Assembly (NCBI GenBank): GCA_049968235.1
Contig: JBMFRC010000006.1
Coordinates: 107,866 to 171,865, forward strand
DNA from: Candidatus Hydrogenedens sp.
GTDB lineage: Bacteria; Hydrogenedentota; Hydrogenedentia; Hydrogenedentales; Hydrogenedentaceae
DNA: 64,000 nt
Direction: 5' to 3'
Of this stretch, positions 29,351 through 39,818 are shown piece by piece. How positions within the stretch are numbered: the first letter of the stretch is position 1; each line of letters starts with the position of its first letter. A program made the translations under genes and the position numbers. The notes beneath the pieces are model-generated. The model did not search any database, was not told the DNA's origin, and saw nothing but the letters and a program-made list of their open reading frames with translations.

Positions 29351-30244
29351 TTATATTCTTATTTTACTTATATGCTTCTTTAACAAACTAAGAAAAGTTT
29401 TTTCAGTTTTTGACATGTATAAAAATCGTGGATAAATACACACATAAGGAATGGTAGGTGCTTTTTTGATTCTTATTATTTCTACTTTTTCTTGCCAGTC
29501 TACAGCCACCATTCTTGGAACAAAAGATATACCAAATCCTTCTGCAACATACTTCATAATTACATGAAAAGACCCACCATCAATAACACATTTCGGTTCT
29601 ATTTTAAGCGTATTTAAGTATTTATTAATTATTCGTCCCGTCCTTGTTTTTACATCTATCATAACGATAGATTCATTATGCAATTCATAAATTATATTGT
29701 TCGTATTTTTTTTTATAAAAGGATGCTTTCTAGAGGTTACAAGGTAAATGGGGTCCTCACATATCTTTACTTCTTTTAAGTTATTATGTCCTACAGGTTG
29801 TGTAACAACACCAATATTAATTTCACCCTTGTATACCATATTTTCTATTTCATCTGAAGAACGGGTTATGACTGATAACTGGATATGGGGATACTTTTGT
29901 AAAAATTCTCGAATTACTTTTGGCAATAGATGAAATGCAAAAGTATCACTTGTCCCTATTTTTAATTCTGAAGAAAATCCCTGTGTTGCTTCCTGAAAAA
30001 GCATGTTAAATTTTTTCTGCATTAATGTAAATTCTTTTGCCAACTCATAAAAATTTTTTCCTAATGGAGTCAGGCATTTCCTTCTTCGGTCAAATAGTTC
30101 TCCTCCTAGGTTTTCTTCAATACTTTTTATTCGCTGACTTAAGGCAGGTTGTGTCCTCCCTGTTTTTTCTGCAGCTTTCCCAAATGACCCGGTTTCTACC
30201 AACGCACAGAAACATTGTAATGCATCGTAAGAAAAAATATCCAT
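29351..30244 (-). CDS. LysR-family transcriptional regulator
   Basis: N-terminal wHTH FCALVETGSFGKAAEKTGRTQPALSQRIKSIEENLG plus a LysR substrate-binding domain. Confidence 0.8.
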   Translation of the reverse strand: MDIFSYDALQCFCALVETGSFGKAAEKTGRTQPALSQRIKSIEENLGGELFDRRRKCLTPLGKNFYELAKEFTLMQKKFNMLFQEATQGFSSELKIGTSDTFAFHLLPKVIREFLQKYPHIQLSVITRSSDEIENMVYKGEINIGVVTQPVGHNNLKEVKICEDPIYLVTSRKHPFIKKNTNNIIYELHNESIVMIDVKTRTGRIINKYLNTLKIEPKCVIDGGSFHVIMKYVAEGFGISFVPRMVAVDWQEKVEIIRIKKAPTIPYVCIYPRFLYMSKTEKTFLSLLKKHISKIRI

Positions 30245-30253
30245 AAGTTTTAC

Positions 30254-30268
30254 TTATAGTTTTTATAA
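30254..30268. promoter_or_regulatory. LysR-type T-N11-A-like dyad TTATA-GTTTT-TATAA in the divergent lysR/purM intergenic region
   Basis: Perfect 5-bp inverted repeat 10 bp upstream of the LysR start codon. Confidence 0.3.
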
Positions 30269-30404
30269 TTAAAATTCATTAGAATTATACCTTAATATAT
30301 GCTATTATATCTCCAATATTCTGAACAAGTTTGTATTCAATGTGAAAGTATTATACAAAAGATTGCCTTAAAATTATTACTTATGATAGTAAAGGAAACT
30401 TCTA

Positions 30405-31472
30405 ATGGATGAACAGTCAAAATTAAGTTATAAAGATGCTGGTGTTAATATTGATGTAGCCAATGAAGCCGTTAATGAAATAAAAGAATTGGTAAAGAGG
30501 ACTTTTAATGACCAGGTTTTATCTAACATTGGTTTGTTTGGCGGTTTATTTCAACCTGACTTGAATGGGATAGAAGAACCCGTTCTGGTGTCAAGTATTG
30601 ACGGTGTTGGAACCAAAATAAAACTTGCCATTATGGCAAATAAACACGATACCGTTGGTATAGACCTTGTTTCACACTGTGTAAATGATATACTGGTTCA
30701 GGGAGCCAAACCACTTTTCTTTTTAGATTATATTGCTATGGGAAAACTAAATCCTACCACAATTGTTGAAGTGGTAAAAGGATTAACATGGGGGTGTGGT
30801 CAGGCAGGATGTGCTTTGATTGGTGGAGAAACAGCAGAAATGCCTGATGTGTATAAACAGGATGAATATGATTTAGTCGGGACGATTGTAGGTATTGTAG
30901 ACCGTAAAAAAATTATTGATGGGAGCAACATTCAGGCAGGGGATATTATTCTTGGTTTGGCATCATCTGGACTTCATACCAATGGATATACACTTGCAAG
31001 AAAAATATGCTTCGATATTGCCAAACTAAAATTAGAAGATACTTTTCCCGGGACAAATCAATCTGTATACGACACATTAATGGCTCCTCATATTTGTTAT
31101 TCTAAAATTATGCAAATTGTTATAAAACTCGCTGATGTGCGAGGTATGGCTCACATAACCGGCGGAGGAATTACCGAAAATCTACCGAGAATCCTTCCCG
31201 AAGGTATTGGAGCGGAAATAGACCTCTCTTCATGGCAGGTCCCCCATTTATTTTATTTCTTAAAAGAAACAGGCAATGTTGATGACATGGAGATGCTTCG
31301 AGTTTTTAATATGGGTATCGGCTTACTATTTATAATTCCGGAAGACCATTTACCAAAAGTATTAAAGGCGTTTGAGCAAGCCGGTGTTTCTTCATACATT
31401 GTAGGTAAAACGATTCCAGGAGAAAGAAAAGTATACTATAAAGGTAATTTGAAATATGGTAAACCGAATTGA
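30405..31472 (+). CDS. purM: phosphoribosylformylglycinamidine cyclo-ligase (AIR synthetase)
   Basis: 355 aa. DAGVNIDVANEAV...GLFGG...VSSIDGVGTK, classic PurM. Confidence 0.9.
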   Translation: MDEQSKLSYKDAGVNIDVANEAVNEIKELVKRTFNDQVLSNIGLFGGLFQPDLNGIEEPVLVSSIDGVGTKIKLAIMANKHDTVGIDLVSHCVNDILVQGAKPLFFLDYIAMGKLNPTTIVEVVKGLTWGCGQAGCALIGGETAEMPDVYKQDEYDLVGTIVGIVDRKKIIDGSNIQAGDIILGLASSGLHTNGYTLARKICFDIAKLKLEDTFPGTNQSVYDTLMAPHICYSKIMQIVIKLADVRGMAHITGGGITENLPRILPEGIGAEIDLSSWQVPHLFYFLKETGNVDDMEMLRVFNMGIGLLFIIPEDHLPKVLKAFEQAGVSSYIVGKTIPGERKVYYKGNLKYGKPN

Positions 31473-34422
31473 AGTAACAATCCGTCCTGAATTAGAAGAC
31501 CCTATAGGGAAAAGTTTGTGTTCGCAAATTAAAGATGACCTATCTATTAACTGCAAATCAGTTCGAGTTGTAGATGTTTATACTATTTTAGCAGAATTAA
31601 ATCCAGATGAACTTGAAAAAATAGCAGAAGAACTTTTTTCAGATTCTGTTATTCAAATTGCTTCAATAAACCAGCATATACAATTTCCTCCAGAATACCA
31701 ATATGTTGTCGAAGTGGGATTTCGTCCCGGAGTAACAGATAATGTTGGTAAGAGTGCACGGGAAGGCATACAGGACACACTATCAAGAAATCTCAAGCAT
31801 AACGAATTTGTATTCAAATCCACAATGTATTGGTTCGCAGGTCTATCAAAGGAAAACTGTTCGCATATTGCTCAACAACTTCTCGCCAATGAACTGATAC
31901 AACACTGGACACTTTTGTCTCTCGATGATTTACATTGCAAAAAAGATATTTCTTTATTACCTATTCCATTAGTAAGTGAAATGACCGAATCTATAGTTGA
32001 AACCATACCTCTAAATCTCTCTGATTCGGAATTATTAGAGTTAAGTCAAAAAAGACTATTAGCACTCGATTTACACGAAATGAGAGCCATAAAAGCGTAC
32101 TACGAAAATTCTACTACAAAAAAACATCGTAAAGAATTAAATCTCCCTGAATATCCAACAGATATTGAACTCGAAATCTTAGCACAAACATGGTCAGAAC
32201 ATTGTAAGCATAAGATTTTCAACGCAGAAATTAACTATGAAGATGATAATGGAAATTCAACAATAATCAACAGTTTATTTAAAACTTTTATCAAATCTAC
32301 AACGGAAAAACTAAAATCTGAGATTCAATGGTTAGTTAGCGTTTTTCACGACAATGCAGGATTAATAGAATTTGACGATGAACACCTTATATCAATGAAG
32401 GTTGAAACTCATAACAGTCCTTCTGCATTAGACCCCTATGGTGGTGCTATTACAGGAATTGTGGGGGTAAATCGGGATATATTAGGTGCCGGTTTAGGAT
32501 GTCGTTGTATCTTTAACACAGATGTTTTTTGCTTTGCCTCACCTTTCTATGAAGATAAAATTCCTGAACGATTACTCCATCCGAGACGCGTATTAAGAGG
32601 CGTTCATGCTGGGGTTCGTGATGGTGGAAATCAAAGCGGTATTCCTACGGTTAACGGTGCCATTGTTTTCCATGAACGATTTTTAGGAAAACCTCTGGTG
32701 TTCTGTGGAACAGGCGGTATTATTCCCAAAAAAATAAATAATAAATTGTCCCATGAGAAACAAACATATAAAGGGGACCTAATTGTAATGATAGGAGGAC
32801 GAATTGGTAAAGATGGCATTCATGGAGCAACATTTTCCTCCGAAGAACTACATGAAGGTTCTCCCGTAACTGCTGTTCAGATAGGTGACCCAATTACACA
32901 GAAAAAGTTATCGGATTTTCTTTTTGAAGCAAGAGACCGTGGATTATATAACTCAATAACAGATAACGGTGCTGGAGGCTTATCTTCAAGTGTTGGTGAA
33001 ATGGCAAGAGGTTCGGGAGGTGCAAAAATTTATTTAGACCGTGCTCCTCTTAAATACGCCGGATTAGCACCCTGGGAAATTTTCTTATCGGAATCTCAAG
33101 AACGAATGACTGTTGCAGTACCCCCACAACACATTGATGAATTTATGAAACTTGCTCAAAAAAGAGATGTTGAATCTACTGTATTAGGAGAATTTACCGA
33201 TTCTGGTTTTTTGGAATGTTATTTTAGTGGCAAACTAATTGCATCTTTGTCTATGGATTTCTTACATAATGGCGTTCCTACAATGAATTTACGAGCAAAA
33301 ATAAAAGGTTCGGAACCAAAGCCTTTTTATATCCAACATAAAAACGATATTACAGATGACCTGATACGGGTATTGGGCAGTCTGAATGTTTGTAGTAAAG
33401 AGACTTTTGTAAGAATGTATGACCACGAAGTTCAATCTCAAACAGTAATTAAACCGTTTCAAGGGATTAACCAGGATGGTCCCGGTGATGCAACAGTAAT
33501 TCGTCCTGTTTACAATTCCAACCGCGGTCTGGCTATTAGTTGCGGTATTTGTCCAAAATATAGTGATTTAAACTGTTACCAGATGTCCGCAAATGCTGTG
33601 GATGAGGGCATAAGGAACTTAGTGGCAGTAGGGGTAAAATTGGGTGATATTGCAGGATTGGATAATTTCTGCTGGCCTGATCCGGTAGAAAGTGACAAAA
33701 CGCCTGATGGTGCTCATAAATTAGCCCAATTGGTTTTAGCCTGTCAGGGGTTGCATGATACCTGCCTTGCTTATAAAGTCCCTCTTATAAGCGGGAAAGA
33801 TAGTATGAAAAATGATTACAAAATAGGAGACATTAAAATATCTATTCCCCCCACATTGCTCTTCACTGCGATTGGATTCGTAGAAGATATTCAAAATACC
33901 ATGACGATGGATGTAAAAAATCCCGCTGATAAAATTTATCTCATTGGCAAAACTGTTGAAGCATTAGGCGGAAGTGAATGGGCAGAAATACATAAATTTG
34001 AAGGGGGAAGTGTTCCGACAGTAAATACAGATAAAGCGATACACCAATACAATCGGATATATGAAACCATTAAAAATAAATGGATTTCCTCCTGTCATGA
34101 CTGTTCGGATGGTGGACTTGCAGTTGCATTGGCAGAAAGTGCTTTTGCAGGTGGACTTGGGATGAAGATAGATATTAATACAATGGGTGTCCATAATGAT
34201 ATTATCGCACTGTTCAGCGAGACACCCTGCCGACATATTGTAACTGTTCCTCCTCAGTATGAAAATGATTTTCTATTATTAATGAAGGACCTAGATGTCT
34301 TCTATTTGGGCGAAGTAATAGAACAACCTCAATTCTTAGTTTACGGCACTACAAATAACCTCATTATTAATACTTCCATTTATGAACTTAAAGAAGCATG
34401 GCAGAAAACTTTACGGATATAA
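31456..34422 (+). CDS. purL: phosphoribosylformylglycinamidine synthase, PurS-PurL fusion (PurSL)
   Basis: The first ~80 aa, RIEVTIRPELEDPIGKSL...SVRVVDVYTILAEL...EKIAEELFSDSVIQ, match PurS. A linker follows, then a PurL FGAM-synthetase core of about 740 aa (VETHNSPSALDPYGGAITG...). Overlaps purM by 17 nt. Confidence 0.85.
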   Translation: MVNRIEVTIRPELEDPIGKSLCSQIKDDLSINCKSVRVVDVYTILAELNPDELEKIAEELFSDSVIQIASINQHIQFPPEYQYVVEVGFRPGVTDNVGKSAREGIQDTLSRNLKHNEFVFKSTMYWFAGLSKENCSHIAQQLLANELIQHWTLLSLDDLHCKKDISLLPIPLVSEMTESIVETIPLNLSDSELLELSQKRLLALDLHEMRAIKAYYENSTTKKHRKELNLPEYPTDIELEILAQTWSEHCKHKIFNAEINYEDDNGNSTIINSLFKTFIKSTTEKLKSEIQWLVSVFHDNAGLIEFDDEHLISMKVETHNSPSALDPYGGAITGIVGVNRDILGAGLGCRCIFNTDVFCFASPFYEDKIPERLLHPRRVLRGVHAGVRDGGNQSGIPTVNGAIVFHERFLGKPLVFCGTGGIIPKKINNKLSHEKQTYKGDLIVMIGGRIGKDGIHGATFSSEELHEGSPVTAVQIGDPITQKKLSDFLFEARDRGLYNSITDNGAGGLSSSVGEMARGSGGAKIYLDRAPLKYAGLAPWEIFLSESQERMTVAVPPQHIDEFMKLAQKRDVESTVLGEFTDSGFLECYFSGKLIASLSMDFLHNGVPTMNLRAKIKGSEPKPFYIQHKNDITDDLIRVLGSLNVCSKETFVRMYDHEVQSQTVIKPFQGINQDGPGDATVIRPVYNSNRGLAISCGICPKYSDLNCYQMSANAVDEGIRNLVAVGVKLGDIAGLDNFCWPDPVESDKTPDGAHKLAQLVLACQGLHDTCLAYKVPLISGKDSMKNDYKIGDIKISIPPTLLFTAIGFVEDIQNTMTMDVKNPADKIYLIGKTVEALGGSEWAEIHKFEGGSVPTVNTDKAIHQYNRIYETIKNKWISSCHDCSDGGLAVALAESAFAGGLGMKIDINTMGVHNDIIALFSETPCRHIVTVPPQYENDFLLLMKDLDVFYLGEVIEQPQFLVYGTTNNLIINTSIYELKEAWQKTLRI

Positions 34423-34431
34423 GGAAAGTCT

Positions 34432-35217
34432 ATGATTCAAGTTCTTGTTCTAACAGGTTTCGGAATAAATTGTGAACGGGAAACAGCACATACCTTCCAA
34501 CAAGCAGGGGCAGAACCTTTACTCATTCATCTCAACGATTTAATAGAAAAACCAGATTATCTTGATATATCCAAAATTCTTGCTATTCCCGGAGGGTTCT
34601 CTTTTGGCGATGACATAGCATCAGGCAGAATCTTAGCGAATAGAATTCGTTATCGTTTAGAGAAACCTCTCCAAAAATTTATCAATGATGGAAAACTTAT
34701 CATTGGTATATGCAACGGCTTTCAAGTTATGGTAAAAATGGGTATTCTACCGCTGTTTCAAAAAGAATTTAAACAATTAGTAACATTAACCCATAACAAC
34801 TCCGGGCGTTTTGAAGATAGGTGGGTTTGTTTAAATGTAAACAAAAACTCACCATGTATATGGACACAAGGTATAGAAAACATAGAACTACCTGTTCGAC
34901 ATGGGGAAGGTAAATTTATTGCAAAAGACGACATTGTCTTAAAACAACTTAAAGAAAACAATCAAATCGTGATACAATATGCAAAAAAAGATAAGTCATT
35001 GGCAAAAGGAGAATATCCCGCTAATCCCAATGGTTCAATAGAGGATATTGCTGGTATTTGCGACCCATCTGGTAGAATTTTGGGTTTAATGCCACATCCA
35101 GAAGCCTTTTGGGATGCCAAATTACATCCTTTATGGAATCGTCTTCAACTTAAAGGTCCTGGAGATGGATTAAAAATATTTGAGAATGGAGTTTCCTTTG
35201 CCAATTCTCATCTATAA
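34432..35217 (+). CDS. purQ: phosphoribosylformylglycinamidine synthase glutaminase subunit
   Basis: 261 aa class I GATase. GICNGFQVMVKMG has the catalytic Cys, followed by MPHPE. Confidence 0.9.
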   Translation: MIQVLVLTGFGINCERETAHTFQQAGAEPLLIHLNDLIEKPDYLDISKILAIPGGFSFGDDIASGRILANRIRYRLEKPLQKFINDGKLIIGICNGFQVMVKMGILPLFQKEFKQLVTLTHNNSGRFEDRWVCLNVNKNSPCIWTQGIENIELPVRHGEGKFIAKDDIVLKQLKENNQIVIQYAKKDKSLAKGEYPANPNGSIEDIAGICDPSGRILGLMPHPEAFWDAKLHPLWNRLQLKGPGDGLKIFENGVSFANSHL

Positions 35218-35246
35218 CATAGTAACACTAACTTGATTTGTAATAT

Positions 35247-36425
35247 ATGCCTAAGAGAAAAACTGACTTTGCCATAAATGATTACAACCTAATACAAACA
35301 AGAAAAGACTGGGAAAAAACTCTCAAGGTTATTTCGATTGAGTCTAAAATGGCTATTGACCTTGAGGCAAACTCTTTGTACGAATATCCCGGTGAAATCT
35401 GTCTTATTCAAATTTCTATACGTGGTTATGATTTTCTGTTAGACCCATTAGCCCATTTTTCATTCCCTGAATTAGGGGAATTGTTAGCCGACAAAAATAT
35501 TTTAAAAATATTCCATGCATCCGAATATGATTTACGACTGTTCTGGAAACAATATAAATGGCAAATTGTAAATCTTTTCGACACAATGTGGGCAGGAAAA
35601 CTTTTAGGTTGTAAACAACTTGGGCTTGTTTACCTGCTAAAAACATTCTTAAATGTTCAACATGATAAAAAATTTCAAAAATCAAATTGGAAACATCGTC
35701 CTCTTTCCAATCAACAACTAAGTTATGCTTACCGTGACTCTCACTACCTAATCCCCTTAGCTGAAATTTTGCAAAAGAAACTTGAAGAGAAAGACTTGTG
35801 GGATGAGGCACAAGAAATTTTCAATGATTTTGCAAAGGGAATAGTCATAGAAGAGGAAGAACAAAAATCCATTCAATTCTATAAAACATTTAGAAGTAAA
35901 CATCTGCCTGAAAAAAACTTAAAAGTCTTACAGGAACTTTTCTTTTTCCGCGAAGAATTAGGTCAATCCTTGCATATCCTCCCTAATAAGTTAATTTCCA
36001 ACAAATGTCTCTTAAACATTTCTAAAAGAATTCCTGAAACCCTTGATGAACTAAATAATTTAATAACAGGTATATATTCGATATCCAATAAGATAAAAAA
36101 AGAAGAACTACTCGAGATTATATTGAAAACGAAAAACTTAAATGAACCCCTATATGCACCTCCAATAGCCGACAATCCTAAAATAAAAAGCCGTACCTCT
36201 CTTCTTTTACAATGGCGCAAACAAAAATCTATCATGCGAAATATTGATTCGGATGCTATACTCCCTAAAAACAAACTCTTTTTATTAGCATTATACGGAC
36301 CTAAGACCATATCTGAACTGGAAAAGTTAGAAATTCTGGGACCTGTACGTTTAAAAATGTATGGAGATGAAATAATCAATATTTTTAAGAAATCCGATGA
36401 GTTTTCTGAACAAGAACAATTATAA
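35247..36425 (+). CDS. rnd: ribonuclease D (DEDDy 3'-5' exonuclease + HRDC)
   Basis: MAIDLEANSL (Exo I), KIFHASEYDLRLF (Exo II) and YAYRDSHYL (Exo III Y-x3-D), plus a C-terminal HRDC-like region. Confidence 0.75.
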   Translation: MPKRKTDFAINDYNLIQTRKDWEKTLKVISIESKMAIDLEANSLYEYPGEICLIQISIRGYDFLLDPLAHFSFPELGELLADKNILKIFHASEYDLRLFWKQYKWQIVNLFDTMWAGKLLGCKQLGLVYLLKTFLNVQHDKKFQKSNWKHRPLSNQQLSYAYRDSHYLIPLAEILQKKLEEKDLWDEAQEIFNDFAKGIVIEEEEQKSIQFYKTFRSKHLPEKNLKVLQELFFFREELGQSLHILPNKLISNKCLLNISKRIPETLDELNNLITGIYSISNKIKKEELLEIILKTKNLNEPLYAPPIADNPKIKSRTSLLLQWRKQKSIMRNIDSDAILPKNKLFLLALYGPKTISELEKLEILGPVRLKMYGDEIINIFKKSDEFSEQEQL

Positions 36426-36473
36426 TACAATGTTATAAACAACACATGTCTTCTTTATAGAAGGAATATAATT

Positions 36474-37949
36474 ATGCAAATAAGTATAAATAAGTCCCTT
36501 TATAAATTTATTCTCTTTCTGTCTATAATTTTTTCGATGTTTATTATAACTTTCCACAGTTATACAGATGAACCTGCTTTACCTAAAGGATTATCTTCAA
36601 GTGAAAATACAACTTCTCCACAGTTAAAAGACAATAATGAACCTGATCTACCTCAAGGATTACAATCCCAACCGACAAATGAACCTCAACTTCCACAGGG
36701 ACTGGGGGAAATCGCCATAAAAGAAGAAAAAAAAGAAGAGAATAAACAAAAAAAACCGACGCCTCTTAATATAGACATAAAGGGATTTTTGGATAATCGT
36801 GCCGGTATTCGTTATAGAGAAGACAAGCAACAGTCAAAAGATTTAATCCTTGGGGAATCTCGTTTACAATTAAGAGCGGATAAATTCTGGGATAAGGTGG
36901 GTATTGAAACCACAGGGGACTTTTATGGAGATTTTGTTCAGGAGAAATTAAATTTTGACCTGCGTCAGGCACGGTTAACATGGACATTATCACCTACTTT
37001 AGACTTACGGATAGGTCGTCAAATCCTTACATGGGGAACAGGAGACCAAATCTTTATAAATGACCTCTTTCCCAAGGATTGGAATTCATTTTTTGTAGGT
37101 AGAGAACAGGAATATTTAAAAGCTCCTTCTGATTCTATAAAATTAGGTTGGTATCCTGAATGGTTTAACTTTGAACTTGTTTATACTCCTCGTTTCACAC
37201 CGGATAGATATATCACAGGAAACCCAATTACATTTTGGAATCCTCTTTTTAATAGACTTCAGGGAGAAGAGCAAGAAATCCGACCTGACCATCCCGGTCC
37301 TCGATTTCGTGATGATGAATGGGCTTTCCGTGCGTATAGAAAAATTAATAACTTTGAATTTGCCTTGTATGCTTATTCTGGAAGATGGAAAAGCCCCGGC
37401 GGTCAAAAATTATTACCTCCACTACAATCATACTTCCCAAAACTAAATGTTTATGGGACCAGTTTAAGAGGCCCTGTGTGGAAAGGAATATTATCTTTAG
37501 AAATGGGTTACTATGACTCTAAAGAGGACCGCGATGGGACAAGTCCCTTTATTAATAACTCGGAAATTCGTTTCTTAGTAGGTTATGAACAGGAATTAGC
37601 AAAGGACTTTACAGGTGCTTTCCAGGTTTATTTAGAACATATGTTAGATTACAGAAATTATGAAAGCAATCAACCTTTCTGGATACATAATAAAGATGAA
37701 AATCGTCTATTGACTACAATCCGTCTTACCCGACAATTGATGAATCAAAATCTTATTTTGTCATGGTTCATGTATTATTCCCCAACAGACCAGGATTTCT
37801 TTTTAAGACCTAATGTTCGTTATAAAATAAATGATAAATGGTGGGTTGAAGGTGGAGCCAATATATTTATTGGAAACGAACCTTATACTTTCTTCGGACA
37901 ATTTATGGAAAACTCAAACATCTATATAGGTGCAAGATGTTATTTTTAA
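36474..37949 (+). CDS. hypothetical outer-membrane protein (signal peptide, N-terminal EPxLPxGL repeats, C-terminal Phe)
   Basis: Signal peptide. Three EP(A/D/Q)LP(K/Q)GL repeats. Alternating amphipathic beta-strand character. Terminal ...ARCYF. Confidence 0.5.
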   Translation: MQISINKSLYKFILFLSIIFSMFIITFHSYTDEPALPKGLSSSENTTSPQLKDNNEPDLPQGLQSQPTNEPQLPQGLGEIAIKEEKKEENKQKKPTPLNIDIKGFLDNRAGIRYREDKQQSKDLILGESRLQLRADKFWDKVGIETTGDFYGDFVQEKLNFDLRQARLTWTLSPTLDLRIGRQILTWGTGDQIFINDLFPKDWNSFFVGREQEYLKAPSDSIKLGWYPEWFNFELVYTPRFTPDRYITGNPITFWNPLFNRLQGEEQEIRPDHPGPRFRDDEWAFRAYRKINNFEFALYAYSGRWKSPGGQKLLPPLQSYFPKLNVYGTSLRGPVWKGILSLEMGYYDSKEDRDGTSPFINNSEIRFLVGYEQELAKDFTGAFQVYLEHMLDYRNYESNQPFWIHNKDENRLLTTIRLTRQLMNQNLILSWFMYYSPTDQDFFLRPNVRYKINDKWWVEGGANIFIGNEPYTFFGQFMENSNIYIGARCYF

Positions 37950-37978
37950 TCATCTAACACTATACAGGACACTGTATA

Positions 37979-39718
37979 ATGCAAAAGCAAAAAAAAGTAA
38001 GATTTTATTATATTTTCTTATTGCTAACAATTCCTTTTCTTATAACAAATAATGTCTTTGCTAAAAAGAAATCTGCAGATAAAAAAACGCCTTCTCAACC
38101 GTCTATACCCATCAATCAATATGAGAACCAAAAATACAGTGAATATTCAGGACCTAAAGGCATATTGGATATAGATGTAACCGATGTCGTAGGGAAGTAT
38201 TGGGGAGCAAGAGTTGATTTATTAAATATAGAGGATGGGAAACGATATCGTTTTGATTTTCCGGAGGGGAAAGGAGAACAAAAAGTCCCTATTGGAAGTT
38301 TTAGGGCTTATATTTTTGCATATGATAATGGGGTACCTATAATGGTGCAAATCAAGGATATTACAATAAAAGAAAATCAACCCGTTTTTATTCCAATTAC
38401 ACTTCTGGAAGGGACAACAGGTCCTCTTGTTTTGAGAGATTTCGACAGTGATGCTGACCTTGTGCTGGATAGAGTTGAAATAGAATCAGGGACAGACCCT
38501 TACAATCCTCTGGATGTCCCCGGTAAAAAGACAATACCTGTCGAAAACAAAGTTATACAAAATAAACCGGGATGGTACAAAGGTGAATTATGTTGCTTTT
38601 CTAAATATAGCATCGGTAGTGAAACAGTAGGAGAACTAATCAAAAGGGCAGAAAAAGATGGGCTTGATTTTCTCGCTATAACAGATATAAACACATTGAA
38701 ATCCATTGAAGACCCCGAATATCATTCCGATAAACTTGTTCTCATACCTGCAATGAAATGGGGAAATGAACAGATGGGATATGCTCTGGTGTATTGTCCT
38801 CGAACACCTTTAGATAGTCCGACAACAATTCCTGAGGCACAAGCGGAATGTATTCGTGTCCAGGCACAGGGTGGAATTTTTGCTATCGCTCATCCTTGTT
38901 TTCCGACAGGCTTCTGGCGTTGGGGTTTAAATTATGTAAATGCTATTCAAGTGTGGTGTAGAGAGTGGAGAGCCATTCCACCTCTTACTATAGATAAATT
39001 AGATGACTGGCTCAAGGAAAAGAAAAATGGAAAATTTATATATTCACTTACAGCCGCAGTAAATGAATCGAAGATTGCATCTGTTTCTGCCAATTCTCAA
39101 TCAACACGCTTCTGGGATTATGAAGTAGCACGAGGTGCTATGGTATGTGGCATTGCAGGAAGTCATTCTTCAAACCCTTCAGTTCCCTTAGGAAAGCCCA
39201 TAACCTATATACGAGCAGAGAATAAATCATTAGGGGCTATCCTTGAAGGACTTCGTTTGGGAAGAACTTATGTATCTTCTGGGATTAATGGCCCAAAATT
39301 AAGTTTTATGGCAGATTCATTAGCGGATAATAAAATTGATGTAAGCATTGGAGGTATTGTCCCTCTGGGAATAGATATTCGTTTTGAAGCAATTGCTGAA
39401 AATGCAAAAGGAAAAAAATTAGAAGTGTTATTTAACGGAAGACCTATCGTTACAAAAATCATTGAAAGTGATAACTTTGCAATCCGTTTTACGGACAAAC
39501 CTATACGTAGTGGTGCCTACCGACTTCGCATTATTGGTGCTCCGGAGAATACAAAAGGCTTTGGTGATATAGAAGTCTATGCAATGACCAGCCCTATATA
39601 TGCACAGGATATTACTCCCGAATTACTCTGGCGTTTGCCCAAATTTGACCCCAAAAAAGCATGGATAGAAATTAAGCCCAGTGAAGAAGGTTCATACCTC
39701 AATCTCCCTGAAAACTAA
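37979..39718 (+). CDS. secreted protein with a degenerate PHP-like domain
   Basis: Signal peptide. GELCCFSKYSIGSETVGELIKRAEKDGLDFLAITDINT resembles the PHP motif hvHTxxSDG...AITDH, but the His ligands are replaced. Confidence 0.45.
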   Translation: MQKQKKVRFYYIFLLLTIPFLITNNVFAKKKSADKKTPSQPSIPINQYENQKYSEYSGPKGILDIDVTDVVGKYWGARVDLLNIEDGKRYRFDFPEGKGEQKVPIGSFRAYIFAYDNGVPIMVQIKDITIKENQPVFIPITLLEGTTGPLVLRDFDSDADLVLDRVEIESGTDPYNPLDVPGKKTIPVENKVIQNKPGWYKGELCCFSKYSIGSETVGELIKRAEKDGLDFLAITDINTLKSIEDPEYHSDKLVLIPAMKWGNEQMGYALVYCPRTPLDSPTTIPEAQAECIRVQAQGGIFAIAHPCFPTGFWRWGLNYVNAIQVWCREWRAIPPLTIDKLDDWLKEKKNGKFIYSLTAAVNESKIASVSANSQSTRFWDYEVARGAMVCGIAGSHSSNPSVPLGKPITYIRAENKSLGAILEGLRLGRTYVSSGINGPKLSFMADSLADNKIDVSIGGIVPLGIDIRFEAIAENAKGKKLEVLFNGRPIVTKIIESDNFAIRFTDKPIRSGAYRLRIIGAPENTKGFGDIEVYAMTSPIYAQDITPELLWRLPKFDPKKAWIEIKPSEEGSYLNLPEN

Positions 39719-39818
39719 CCTTTTACAATCTCTTTTTTGATAAAATATAATACATCAATCGAAATGATATTGGATTATCCTTTGTTATATCAGTAATCAT
39801 TCTAATAAGGCATATCAA

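Noticed and set aside
39719-39818. TPP riboswitch or thiS upstream of thiG
   Set aside because: There are no conserved aptamer motifs and no small ORF ending in Gly-Gly.
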